Made by a program: the position numbers and the translations under genes. From assembly GCA_044375415.1 (NCBI GenBank), contig JBILMS010000025.1:1-45131 (forward strand): 45,131 nucleotides of DNA. Reading direction: 5' to 3'. The notes below the pieces were generated by a model that was not told the origin of the DNA, did no database searches, and saw only the letters and a list, made by a program, of their open reading frames with translations. Of this stretch, positions 28,672 through 37,236 are shown one piece after another. Each line of letters starts with the position of its first letter. The stretch's first letter is position 1. Origin of the DNA: Flavobacteriales bacterium. GTDB taxonomy: Bacteria; Bacteroidota; Bacteroidia; Flavobacteriales_D; Sanyastnellaceae.

Positions 28672-29976
28672 ATGATTCAAAAAATTCTGGAAAACCTGAA
28701 AATAGAATCGCTGAACCAAATGCAGGAATCTGCATTAAAGGCAGCGATTAAACCGGGCGATCTCGTGCTTCTTTCGCCCACGGGTTCAGGAAAAACTTTG
28801 GGGTTTTTGTTGCCTTTGATAGAAAGCCTCGATAAAACACATACCGGTATTCAAGCGCTCATACTTGTTCCCTCTCGTGAGTTGGCCTTACAAATCGAAC
28901 AGGTCTTTAAACAAATGGGAACGGGCTTTAAAGTTAATTGCTGTTATGGTGGTCACGATACCAAAATTGAACGGAATAACTTAAGTCATCCGCCTGCCGT
29001 ATTGGTGGGAACTCCGGGACGTATTGCTTTTCACATTCGAAATGGATATATCAATACAGATACGATTACAACGCTCATATTAGATGAGTTCGACAAGTCA
29101 CTCGAGTTCGGTTTTGAGCAAGAGATGAGTGGCATAATTGCCGACTTGACAAAGATCAAAAAAAGAATGCTCATTTCAGCGACTCGTATGCCTGAAGTAC
29201 CCGCTTTTACAGGTCTGCGCAAACCAACTGTTTTGGACTTTCTCGACGATAAAAAACAGCCCGGTACAGAGTTGAGTAGAAAATATCTACGAGCTACCGA
29301 CAAGGATAAACTTGATCTTTTGGTAGGATTGATTTGTAAATTGGGCTCAGCTTCTACGTTGATATTTTGCAATCACCGCGATGCTGTGGAGAGGGTAGGA
29401 GCCTTGTTGGAAGAGATGGGTATTTCGCATGGGATTTTTCACGGAGGAATGGATCAGGACGACAGGGAGAAAGCTCTGATCAAATTCAGAAACGGAACTC
29501 ATCGATTATTAATAACAACAGATCTCGCTTCTCGTGGTCTTGATATTCCCGAGATAGAAGCGGTGATACATTACCAATTGCCCGTTACAGTTGAGGTTTA
29601 TACACATCGCAACGGCAGAACGGCTCGTATGCACGCCAATGGAACTTCGTATATTTTGTTGTCGGCAAGTGAGCACATTCCACCTTTTATTCCGGATAAA
29701 CACGAAGAAGAAACGTTGCCCTTAGAACGTATACTTCCGAAACCCTCTATTTGGAAGACATTATATATTGGAGCAGGTAAAAAAGATAAGATCAACAAGA
29801 TGGATATTGTTGGTACGTTACTCCAAAAAGGCAATCTTGGCAAAGACGAATTAGGATTGGTAGAAGTTTTAGACAACGCGTCATTCGCAGCAATTAAAGC
29901 CGACAAGATTACCAAGGTTTTTGAACGTATTAAAAACGAAAAAATCAAAAACAAGAAAGTGAGGTTTGGATTGTAG
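28672..29976 (+). CDS. DEAD-box ATP-dependent RNA helicase with C-terminal DbpA-like RNA-binding domain
   Basis: SPTGSGKT, DEFD (DEAD variant), SAT and HRNGRTAR motifs. Start set at MIQKIL (internal Met of ORF 28642). Confidence 0.8.
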   Translation: MIQKILENLKIESLNQMQESALKAAIKPGDLVLLSPTGSGKTLGFLLPLIESLDKTHTGIQALILVPSRELALQIEQVFKQMGTGFKVNCCYGGHDTKIERNNLSHPPAVLVGTPGRIAFHIRNGYINTDTITTLILDEFDKSLEFGFEQEMSGIIADLTKIKKRMLISATRMPEVPAFTGLRKPTVLDFLDDKKQPGTELSRKYLRATDKDKLDLLVGLICKLGSASTLIFCNHRDAVERVGALLEEMGISHGIFHGGMDQDDREKALIKFRNGTHRLLITTDLASRGLDIPEIEAVIHYQLPVTVEVYTHRNGRTARMHANGTSYILLSASEHIPPFIPDKHEEETLPLERILPKPSIWKTLYIGAGKKDKINKMDIVGTLLQKGNLGKDELGLVEVLDNASFAAIKADKITKVFERIKNEKIKNKKVRFGL

Positions 29977-30000
29977 GAAATAGGAAGATCTTTGGAAGAG

Positions 30001-30278
30001 TTATAAATTATGAGTTATGAATTCGTCCTCCTGAGGCGACGAAGGATGAGGAGTCGAAGGATGAATGGGGTTTGCGGTTGGCTTGAAGATTATACTTCGA
30101 AGGTGATGGGTGGTGGGTGATAGATGATAGTTTCTGTGCACTGAAACGTGAACTCAACCGAGCGAAGTCGAGGGGTTGTAAATACTTCGATACAATTATG
30201 AATTATGAGTTATAAATTCGTTCTCCTGAGCGACGAAGGATGAGGAGTCGAGGGATGAATGGGGTTCGTGGTTGACTT
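30001..30278. repeat. Two ~85-bp direct repeats (30001-30088 and 30196-30278) separated by ~107 bp, upstream of the CotH-like gene
   Basis: Each copy is ATTATGAGTTATGAATTCGT.CTCCTGAG(G)CGACGAAGGATGAGGAGTCGA(A/G)GGATGAATGGGGTT.G.GGTTG. The spacer carries CCGAGCGAAGTCGAGGGG, related to the element at 43568-43595. Confidence 0.75.
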
Positions 30279-30404
30279 ATCCCGAATTTCCAAATTTCGT
30301 TTCCCTTGAGATTTCAATCTTGGGTGTGTTTTTTTTTTTCCAACAGAACTTCCAAAGCTCGTTACTCGTATATTTACATTTCACAAAAACCAGGTTACTC
30401 GAAT

Positions 30405-33400
30405 ATGACCAAAACGTTACGTATCTGTGCCCTTGCTATGGGTACTTTTTCTTTTTACGCCTCTTCCAGTCAAGTCCTTATTAACGAAGTACAAACATCT
30501 AACTTGTCTACCTATGCCGATCAGGATGGGGATTACAAGGATTGGTTCGAATTGTACAACGCCGGGGCAAACCCTGTCAACCTCGGTGGTTGGGCCGTTA
30601 GCGACAATGATAATGACCTTGCCAAATGGCTCCTGCCATCGTTGGAAATCGATGCAGGTGAACACCTGATTCTTTGGGCTAGTGGCAAAGACATCGGTGG
30701 TGGAGGTGCTCATTGGGAAACAGCTGTTTTCGCAGGCGATACGTGGAAATATCTCATGCCAACTTCGGAGCCTGACGCTACATGGAGATCTACAGGTTTC
30801 GACGATAGCTCATGGCTGTCTGGAACCGGTGGTTTTGGTTTTGGGGATGGAGACGATGGTACAGACCTCGGTTCAGGCACGTCCGTCTTTATGAGGAAAA
30901 CCTTTGACCTGAACAATCTTTCAACCGTAAGTTCCATGTTACTTCACATGGATTTTGACGATGCCTTTGTCGCCTATCTGAATGGGGTTGAAATAGCTCG
31001 TGGAAATATCGGTTTTATTGGAATGCCTCCCGCATTTGATGCTCTCGCATCAGGTGGTCATGAGGCTAACGGATACCAAGGTATTCCTATTGATGCTTAT
31101 ACCATTGATGAAACGACCTGGATGAACGCCTTAGTAGAAGGCGAAAACGTATTGGCAGTTCAAGTTCACAATGTTGATCCGGGATCTTCAGATATTACAG
31201 GCAACGCTTGGTTGAGTCTTCAATTTAACTCTTCAACCATTCAATTCGAACCAACTCCCGATTTTATGGGACTTGGAGGAACAGGACAATTACACACGAA
31301 TTTTTCATTGAGTACGGGAGAGACTATTTATCTCTCTGATGCTTCACTGGCTTTAGTAGATGAGATTTTACTGCCTTCTACGGCCCTCGAAAATTCTTAT
31401 GGTCGTATGACAAGCGGGGCAGCTACTTGGTGTTTTGTCACTTCGCCTACACCGGATGAAGAGAATGCAAACTCGATTTGTGCATTAGGCTATGAACCGA
31501 AACCTATTTTTTCTATACAAAGCGGGATCTACAATAATGCTCAGACTATTTCATTGAGCACTACTTCGCCAACAGCCGATATTCGATATACAACAGATGG
31601 AAGCATACCAAGCGAGACTTCTACATTGTATAACGGTGCAATCACATTGACTGTGACAACCGTATTATCTGCAAGGTGCTTTAGTAACGATGGCCTACTT
31701 CCTTCGATGGTAGAAAAAAATACGTACATGATTGATGAGGACTATCTCAGTGTACCTGTTATATGTATTTCTACCAACCCCGATAATTTGTGGGATGAGA
31801 ACATCGGTATCTATGCCTTCGGTCCTCCTGATTATGGTGGCTACCCATACTTCGGAGCTAACTTCTGGGAAGACTGGGAAAGAGAATCGTACATCGAATA
31901 TTATACTCCCAACGGAGATCTTCAATTCGAAGGTCCAATTGGTTTGAAAATTCACGGTGGTTGGTCGAGAGGTCAGGACCAAAAAAGCCTACGTGTAATG
32001 TGCCGCGATGATTATGGAATGGACGAAATTGAATATCCACTGATAGCAGATAAACCTTTTATTACAGATTTTAAGAGTTTTAATCTTCGCAACGGTGGAA
32101 ATGAATACGGATCTCAAAGGTATCATGACGCACTCATGCAACGTGCTATGAAAACAACGGATGTTGATTACATGGCGCATGCTCCTTCTGTTTGTTTCCT
32201 GAATGGGGAATATTGGGGTTTCTATGAACTTCGCGAAAATCTTAATGAAGATTTTTGTGAAGATAATAGTGGTGTGCCGGCTGATGATGCTACCGTAATT
32301 AGCTACAACTATATGGGCTTTAACATTATCAATGGAAGTGATGAACCCTTCTTTGAAATGTACAACTGGGTTATGGCGAACGACCCCTTGGGCGACGAAT
32401 TTTACGAAGGGTTTAGCGATTTTATGGACGTCGAAAATTACATCGACTACATTATTGGTGAAACCTACTATATGAATGGTGACTGGAGTAGCGGATACAT
32501 GAACAATACTAAGTTCTGGCACGACGATACAGAAGGTGGAAAATGGAGATTTATGTTGATGGATATGGACTTCGGTATGGGTGACAATCCTTGTGGAGAC
32601 TATATTTATAGAGCTGGTGACGATGGTTTTTACACCGATCAGATTTTTGCTGCGGCTATTCAGAATCCACAATTCAGAGATCAATTCATTTTGCGTTATC
32701 TTGATCTCAGAAACAGTATTTATCAGACAGACAGATTAACTCAACTTCGCGATGAATTCCGCGACGAGTCGGCCGATGCGATGATAAGACATTGCAATCG
32801 ATGGGGCACTGATTACAATTGGTGGTATAATGGTTACGACGGACGTTTGAATTGGAATGATCAGCGTTTGGCTTGTGTGGTATCTATGCTTCAAGACCAT
32901 TTTGGATTGAACAATTCCATTGATATAACATTGGATGTAATTCCGGCCGGAGCAGGTAGAATTCATATTTCTACAATCGAACCTCTTGAAAGCGAATACC
33001 CTTGGACAGGAACCTATATTAACGGTCTCCCGGTTCGTATAACTGCGATTGCAAATCCTGGCTTCGTGTTCGATCACTGGACTCCGAATGCAGTTTTCCC
33101 GGTTGAGGTGAATACCAGAAGTTTCGTTATGAACTACGAAGAAAATATCACTTTTGAAGCCCATTTTACGGGCTCTCCGGAGCAAGGTGCCTTAGAAGTG
33201 ACCGAATTTATGTATAACGACGACAACATTGAACCTTCCGGCGATTGGATCGAAATTCACAACTCACTTGACCGTCCGCTTGATTTGAGTTCAATGTATT
33301 TTAAAGATCAGAACTATTTCAATCGATACGATTTCCCCATGGGCTTAGTTCTGGATTCGGGAGCTTACATGGTTATTGCCGAAAATTACGGGGCATTTAC

Positions 33401-33938
33401 CACGGTGTATCCTGAGGTTGAAAATGTAATCGGTTCATTGGACTTTAATCTGAACAACGATGAAGATGAGTTGAGATTTTACAATTTCTCGAATAACCTT
33501 CTTAATCAGATTCACTACCTCGATGAAGCTCCATGGCCTGCAAATACGGACGGTACAGGTCGCACAGTCGAATTTACAGAAGGGTCTGATGATCAAAACT
33601 TAGCTTCGAATTGGTTTATGGGATGTATCGATGGTTCACCCGGTATACCTTATGACCCGTTGTGTGGGGTTGTTATAAATATCGAAGAATTAAACGAGAG
33701 TGGAAATTGGAACATCTATCCCAATCCGGCCGACGATATGCTATTTGTGCAAATCGCCGACCCAAATGATTACACTCGTATTTCTATGAGGGATCTCACG
33801 GGTAAACTTCTTTCAGACCAACTTGTGTCAGGAAGAGAACTTCTTTCATTAAATATCTCTGCTCTTGCTTCCGGAATTTATCTGCTCGAATTGCATGGTA
33901 CCGATTCAATTGAGACACGTAAACTTACTATTCGATAA
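30405..33938 (+). CDS. Giant T9SS cargo: lamin-tail domain / CotH-like domain protein
   Basis: Signal peptide MTKTLRICALAMGTFSFYASS. LTD-like LINEVQTSN...DWFELYNAGANPVNLGGWAVSD near the N-terminus and again near the C-terminus (EVTEFMYNDDNIEPSGDWIEIHN). Central CotH-like region (LKIHGGWSRGQDQKSLRVMCRDDYG...LRNGGNEYGSQRYHD). C-terminal Por_Secre_tail (WNIYPNPADDMLFVQ...IYLLELHGTDSIETRKLTIR). Confidence 0.65.
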   Translation: MTKTLRICALAMGTFSFYASSSQVLINEVQTSNLSTYADQDGDYKDWFELYNAGANPVNLGGWAVSDNDNDLAKWLLPSLEIDAGEHLILWASGKDIGGGGAHWETAVFAGDTWKYLMPTSEPDATWRSTGFDDSSWLSGTGGFGFGDGDDGTDLGSGTSVFMRKTFDLNNLSTVSSMLLHMDFDDAFVAYLNGVEIARGNIGFIGMPPAFDALASGGHEANGYQGIPIDAYTIDETTWMNALVEGENVLAVQVHNVDPGSSDITGNAWLSLQFNSSTIQFEPTPDFMGLGGTGQLHTNFSLSTGETIYLSDASLALVDEILLPSTALENSYGRMTSGAATWCFVTSPTPDEENANSICALGYEPKPIFSIQSGIYNNAQTISLSTTSPTADIRYTTDGSIPSETSTLYNGAITLTVTTVLSARCFSNDGLLPSMVEKNTYMIDEDYLSVPVICISTNPDNLWDENIGIYAFGPPDYGGYPYFGANFWEDWERESYIEYYTPNGDLQFEGPIGLKIHGGWSRGQDQKSLRVMCRDDYGMDEIEYPLIADKPFITDFKSFNLRNGGNEYGSQRYHDALMQRAMKTTDVDYMAHAPSVCFLNGEYWGFYELRENLNEDFCEDNSGVPADDATVISYNYMGFNIINGSDEPFFEMYNWVMANDPLGDEFYEGFSDFMDVENYIDYIIGETYYMNGDWSSGYMNNTKFWHDDTEGGKWRFMLMDMDFGMGDNPCGDYIYRAGDDGFYTDQIFAAAIQNPQFRDQFILRYLDLRNSIYQTDRLTQLRDEFRDESADAMIRHCNRWGTDYNWWYNGYDGRLNWNDQRLACVVSMLQDHFGLNNSIDITLDVIPAGAGRIHISTIEPLESEYPWTGTYINGLPVRITAIANPGFVFDHWTPNAVFPVEVNTRSFVMNYEENITFEAHFTGSPEQGALEVTEFMYNDDNIEPSGDWIEIHNSLDRPLDLSSMYFKDQNYFNRYDFPMGLVLDSGAYMVIAENYGAFTTVYPEVENVIGSLDFNLNNDEDELRFYNFSNNLLNQIHYLDEAPWPANTDGTGRTVEFTEGSDDQNLASNWFMGCIDGSPGIPYDPLCGVVINIEELNESGNWNIYPNPADDMLFVQIADPNDYTRISMRDLTGKLLSDQLVSGRELLSLNISALASGIYLLELHGTDSIETRKLTIR

Positions 33939-33945
33939 GATTTTT

Positions 33946-35817
33946 ATGAAAAAAATATATATACAGTTTTCAATTCTTCTTGGCGTTCTTTTTTCTGCAC
34001 TTCCGACATTTGGCCAATGCGATTTTGGGGAAGTTGACACTTGGATAATTGTTTATTCGTACGATGGATGGGCCGAGGAAACATACTGGGAGATTGTTCC
34101 GGGTGGAAATGGATGTGGAAATGGAACCCTGGTTTCAGGAAGTAATGAGGAAGTGGGTTGTGGAATAGGCGGTCCTACGGGTGAAAATGGAATGCCCGAT
34201 GGAGGTGCGGAGTTTTTTAATCTCTGTCTGACTGAAGGTCAGGCATACGATCTTTATTTCTTTGATTCCTTCGGAGATGGCGGACTTGCTTTCGACGTTT
34301 ATCAGAATGGTATACTAACCGGAATGTATTTTGGTACCGGGGCAGGTAATTTATGGTCCTTTGAAGCCGGTGTATATCCTTTTCCAAGTTATGATACACC
34401 TTGTGGAGCATCCCAAATACTTCCTGATGGAGAGAATTTAAATTTGGAAACGTATTCATGTATTTCTGCATTTTCAGAGATCAATCCGCCCGGCTTGGCT
34501 TGCGGGCCTTATGGAATGTGGTGTGAAGGTGATGCAACACAAACCGCTTGGGCATATTTTATTGCTGAAGGTGGCAAAACCTATGAAATTTCCACCTGTA
34601 ACGGAGGAACAAATTTCGATACACAAATTGCCATATGGAAAAGTGACGACTGCGGTAATATGTGGGATGCAGAGTTAATTTCCGCTAATGATAATGTATG
34701 GGGCGGTTGCAATGAATCTAATCCTTACACTTCAACTTGTTTCGCCGGATGCCTAGAAGCCGGTGCTGTTTATTTCATTCAAATTGATGGATACTACGGT
34801 CAGACAGGGAATGTAGAACTTTCGGTTGTGACTTATGACGGGCCTACCTATCTGGAGACACAAGTATTTGACGTTATCTGTCCGGCACTCGACGGAACAC
34901 CTCCAACAGGAGCGATTTATCCATCTGTCTTTGGCATAGGTTCTGATTTCTCTTGTGTATGGACCGGTAGTGGCGGATTTTCCTCCACAGCTCAATACAT
35001 AAACAACGTGCAACCGGGAACTTATTTTATGCAGTTAACTACGGCGTGCGGTGAGCAGTATACCGATGAGTATGTAATCAATCAACCTACTTTATGGGAT
35101 GTCGAAATTTCTACTTCCGGAACATCTTGTCCTGATGCACAAAATGGAGTAATTAGTGTCGATGCCAGCGGAGCTACCCCCGGATATACTTATTATTACG
35201 ATGGACCCGGTTTTTTTGCAGGTGAAGGTCAAACATTATCAAATGCTATTCTGGGTAATTACATCGTTGTTGTTACAGATGCCAATGGCTGCACATACGT
35301 AGAAGAAGTGAACGTAAGTACCTCGGATGATCTTACGATTGAGATTGGTCCGGATACCACCATATGCATGGGAGAAGAATTGATCATCGAAGGTCCCGAT
35401 GGATTAAACTATTTATGGGGTGATGGCTTTACCGGTCAAAACTATACCTTTAATTCGAATGATTGGGATGAAGGGGTTGCTGCTCTTATTCTCACCGCAT
35501 GGACGGATGACGGGTGTTCTGATTCCGATGTGGCATTAATCACCATTGAGGAGTGTGTAAACATCGAAGAAATGAGCTCCGGTACTTTCGTTTTGTATCC
35601 AAATCCGGCTATCGATGAGATTTCAATTCTATCAAATACGAATGGTGCGACGATCTACGAAATCTATGATCTCCAAGGAAGTTTGGTGCAGAAAGGATCT
35701 CTGAATTCGAATCCTCAAACGATTCAGATTTCATCTTTACAAGCAGGATTGTACACACTTCGATTAACGAATACAAATGAGGTGTTGGACAACTCAAGAT
35801 TTATCGTTCTGCGCTAA
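33946..35817 (+). CDS. Cysteine-rich secreted protein with T9SS C-terminal sorting domain
   Basis: Signal peptide MKKIYIQFSILLGVLFSALPTFGQC. More than 30 cysteines. C-terminal FVLYPNPAIDEISIL...GLYTLRLTNTNEVLDNSRFIVLR. No catalytic family recognised. Confidence 0.55.
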   Translation: MKKIYIQFSILLGVLFSALPTFGQCDFGEVDTWIIVYSYDGWAEETYWEIVPGGNGCGNGTLVSGSNEEVGCGIGGPTGENGMPDGGAEFFNLCLTEGQAYDLYFFDSFGDGGLAFDVYQNGILTGMYFGTGAGNLWSFEAGVYPFPSYDTPCGASQILPDGENLNLETYSCISAFSEINPPGLACGPYGMWCEGDATQTAWAYFIAEGGKTYEISTCNGGTNFDTQIAIWKSDDCGNMWDAELISANDNVWGGCNESNPYTSTCFAGCLEAGAVYFIQIDGYYGQTGNVELSVVTYDGPTYLETQVFDVICPALDGTPPTGAIYPSVFGIGSDFSCVWTGSGGFSSTAQYINNVQPGTYFMQLTTACGEQYTDEYVINQPTLWDVEISTSGTSCPDAQNGVISVDASGATPGYTYYYDGPGFFAGEGQTLSNAILGNYIVVVTDANGCTYVEEVNVSTSDDLTIEIGPDTTICMGEELIIEGPDGLNYLWGDGFTGQNYTFNSNDWDEGVAALILTAWTDDGCSDSDVALITIEECVNIEEMSSGTFVLYPNPAIDEISILSNTNGATIYEIYDLQGSLVQKGSLNSNPQTIQISSLQAGLYTLRLTNTNEVLDNSRFIVLR

Positions 35818-36387
35818 CCACGATTGATGCAGTTGAAGAATCAATGGCATCATAAGCTGACTGTTGTCGTTTTGAATTACATGTTGAGCAAAAGGACGTT
35901 TTTGATCGTCTGTCCATTGGCGACTTATTCGATCGTTGATCTCTTTTTCCGATAAACCGCTGCGTTTGCGTATCCATTGAATACGTAAAGGCAGCGGTGC
36001 TTCAACTATAACAACTTCATCGCACGTGAGATAAGATTTACTTTCAATGAGAATAGCCGCTTCTCGAATGACATAGGGGAAATCCTGCTCCTTTAGCCAC
36101 TCATTCCAACGTTGCCCTACAAGAGGATGAATCACCGATTCGAGTTTTTGGAGTAATTCAGGATTCCCAAAAATCTGTTGAGCTATGAAAGCGCGGTCGG
36201 GAATTCCATTTTTATAGGACTCCTCACCGAAGTTTTCTAACATAAAATCTTTCAATCTCGCTGATGAAGAATATAGCTTTTTGGCTTCACCATCCGCATA
36301 AAAAACAGGAGCACCGAGTACTTCAAAACACTTGCAAACGGTTGTTTTACCGCTTCCCATACCTCCTGTAATACCTATGGTGAGCAT
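35794..36387 (-). CDS. coaE: Dephospho-CoA kinase
   Basis: LTIGITGGMGSGKTTV P-loop. 197 aa. Confidence 0.85.
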   Translation of the reverse strand: MLTIGITGGMGSGKTTVCKCFEVLGAPVFYADGEAKKLYSSSARLKDFMLENFGEESYKNGIPDRAFIAQQIFGNPELLQKLESVIHPLVGQRWNEWLKEQDFPYVIREAAILIESKSYLTCDEVVIVEAPLPLRIQWIRKRSGLSEKEINDRISRQWTDDQKRPFAQHVIQNDNSQLMMPLILQLHQSWLAQNDKS

Positions 36388-36506
36388 AATACAAAAGTAA
36401 GTACTTCTGTATTTAAATGGCTCTCGTGGTTTCTTCTCAAATGGATAGATTAACTCATCCGTGTCAAATAGGATTCTTCATACTACCTTCGCGAAAAATT
36501 CTCGGA

Positions 36507-37154
36507 ATGTCTCACATCATTGCGCCCAGTGTTCTTTCAGCTGATTTTGCCAATCTTCAGCGCGATATCGAAATGATCAATAAAAGTGAGGCACAGTGGT
36601 TTCATGTGGATGTAATGGATGGTCGTTTTGTTCCAAATATTTCTTTTGGAATGCCTGTTATTAAGGCTCTTAAGAAACATGCGACAAAACCTTTAGATGT
36701 GCATTTGATGATTGTTGAGCCGGATCAATACATCAAGGCATTTAAGCAAGCCGGAGCTGATGTGTTGACAGTACATTATGAAGCGTGCACCCATCTTCAT
36801 CGCGCGGTAGCAGCCATCAAAGAAGAAGGAATGAAAGCAGGTGTTGCTTTAAATCCGCACACACCTGTTCATCTTTTGGAAGATATCGTTGCTGATTTGG
36901 ATTTGGTGCTTATTATGAGCGTTAATCCCGGTTTCGGAGGACAATCGTTCATCGAAAATACCTACTCAAAACTCCGCCAATTGCGCGAGTTGATGAGCAG
37001 AAGGAATAGTTCGGCTTATGTAGAGGTTGATGGCGGCGTGAGCGATAAGAACTACCGCCAATTAATCGAAGCCGGAGCCAATGTCCTTGTAGCCGGCAAC
37101 TACGTTTTCGCAGATCCGAATCCGTTGGAAGCGATTCGGAGAATAGTTCTCTGA
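36507..37154 (+). CDS. rpe: Ribulose-phosphate 3-epimerase
   Basis: MSHIIAPSVLSADFANL start. MSVNPGFGGQ motif. Confidence 0.85.
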   Translation: MSHIIAPSVLSADFANLQRDIEMINKSEAQWFHVDVMDGRFVPNISFGMPVIKALKKHATKPLDVHLMIVEPDQYIKAFKQAGADVLTVHYEACTHLHRAVAAIKEEGMKAGVALNPHTPVHLLEDIVADLDLVLIMSVNPGFGGQSFIENTYSKLRQLRELMSRRNSSAYVEVDGGVSDKNYRQLIEAGANVLVAGNYVFADPNPLEAIRRIVL

Positions 37155-37232
37155 ATTATGAATGATGAATTATGAATTATGAATAGGGACTTTCTAGCCA
37201 TTCACTGTCTTTAATTCATAATTCATAATTCC
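37152..37232. repeat. Perfect 18-bp inverted repeat GAATTATGAATTATGAAT / ATTCATAATTCATAATTC around a 29-nt loop, between convergent rpe and uvrA
   Basis: Arms at 37167-37184 and 37214-37231. Extra AATTATGAATGATGAATTATG copies on the left. Same AATTATGA(A/G)TTATGA motif as at 30001 and 30196. Confidence 0.8.
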
Positions 37233-37236
37233 CCAT

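Noticed and set aside
31989-32684. 231-aa minus-strand ORF antisense to the CotH-like gene
   Set aside because: It is fully embedded in a strongly supported 1177-aa coding region on the other strand. Its isoleucine/valine-rich translation is typical of antisense frames in AT-rich genes.
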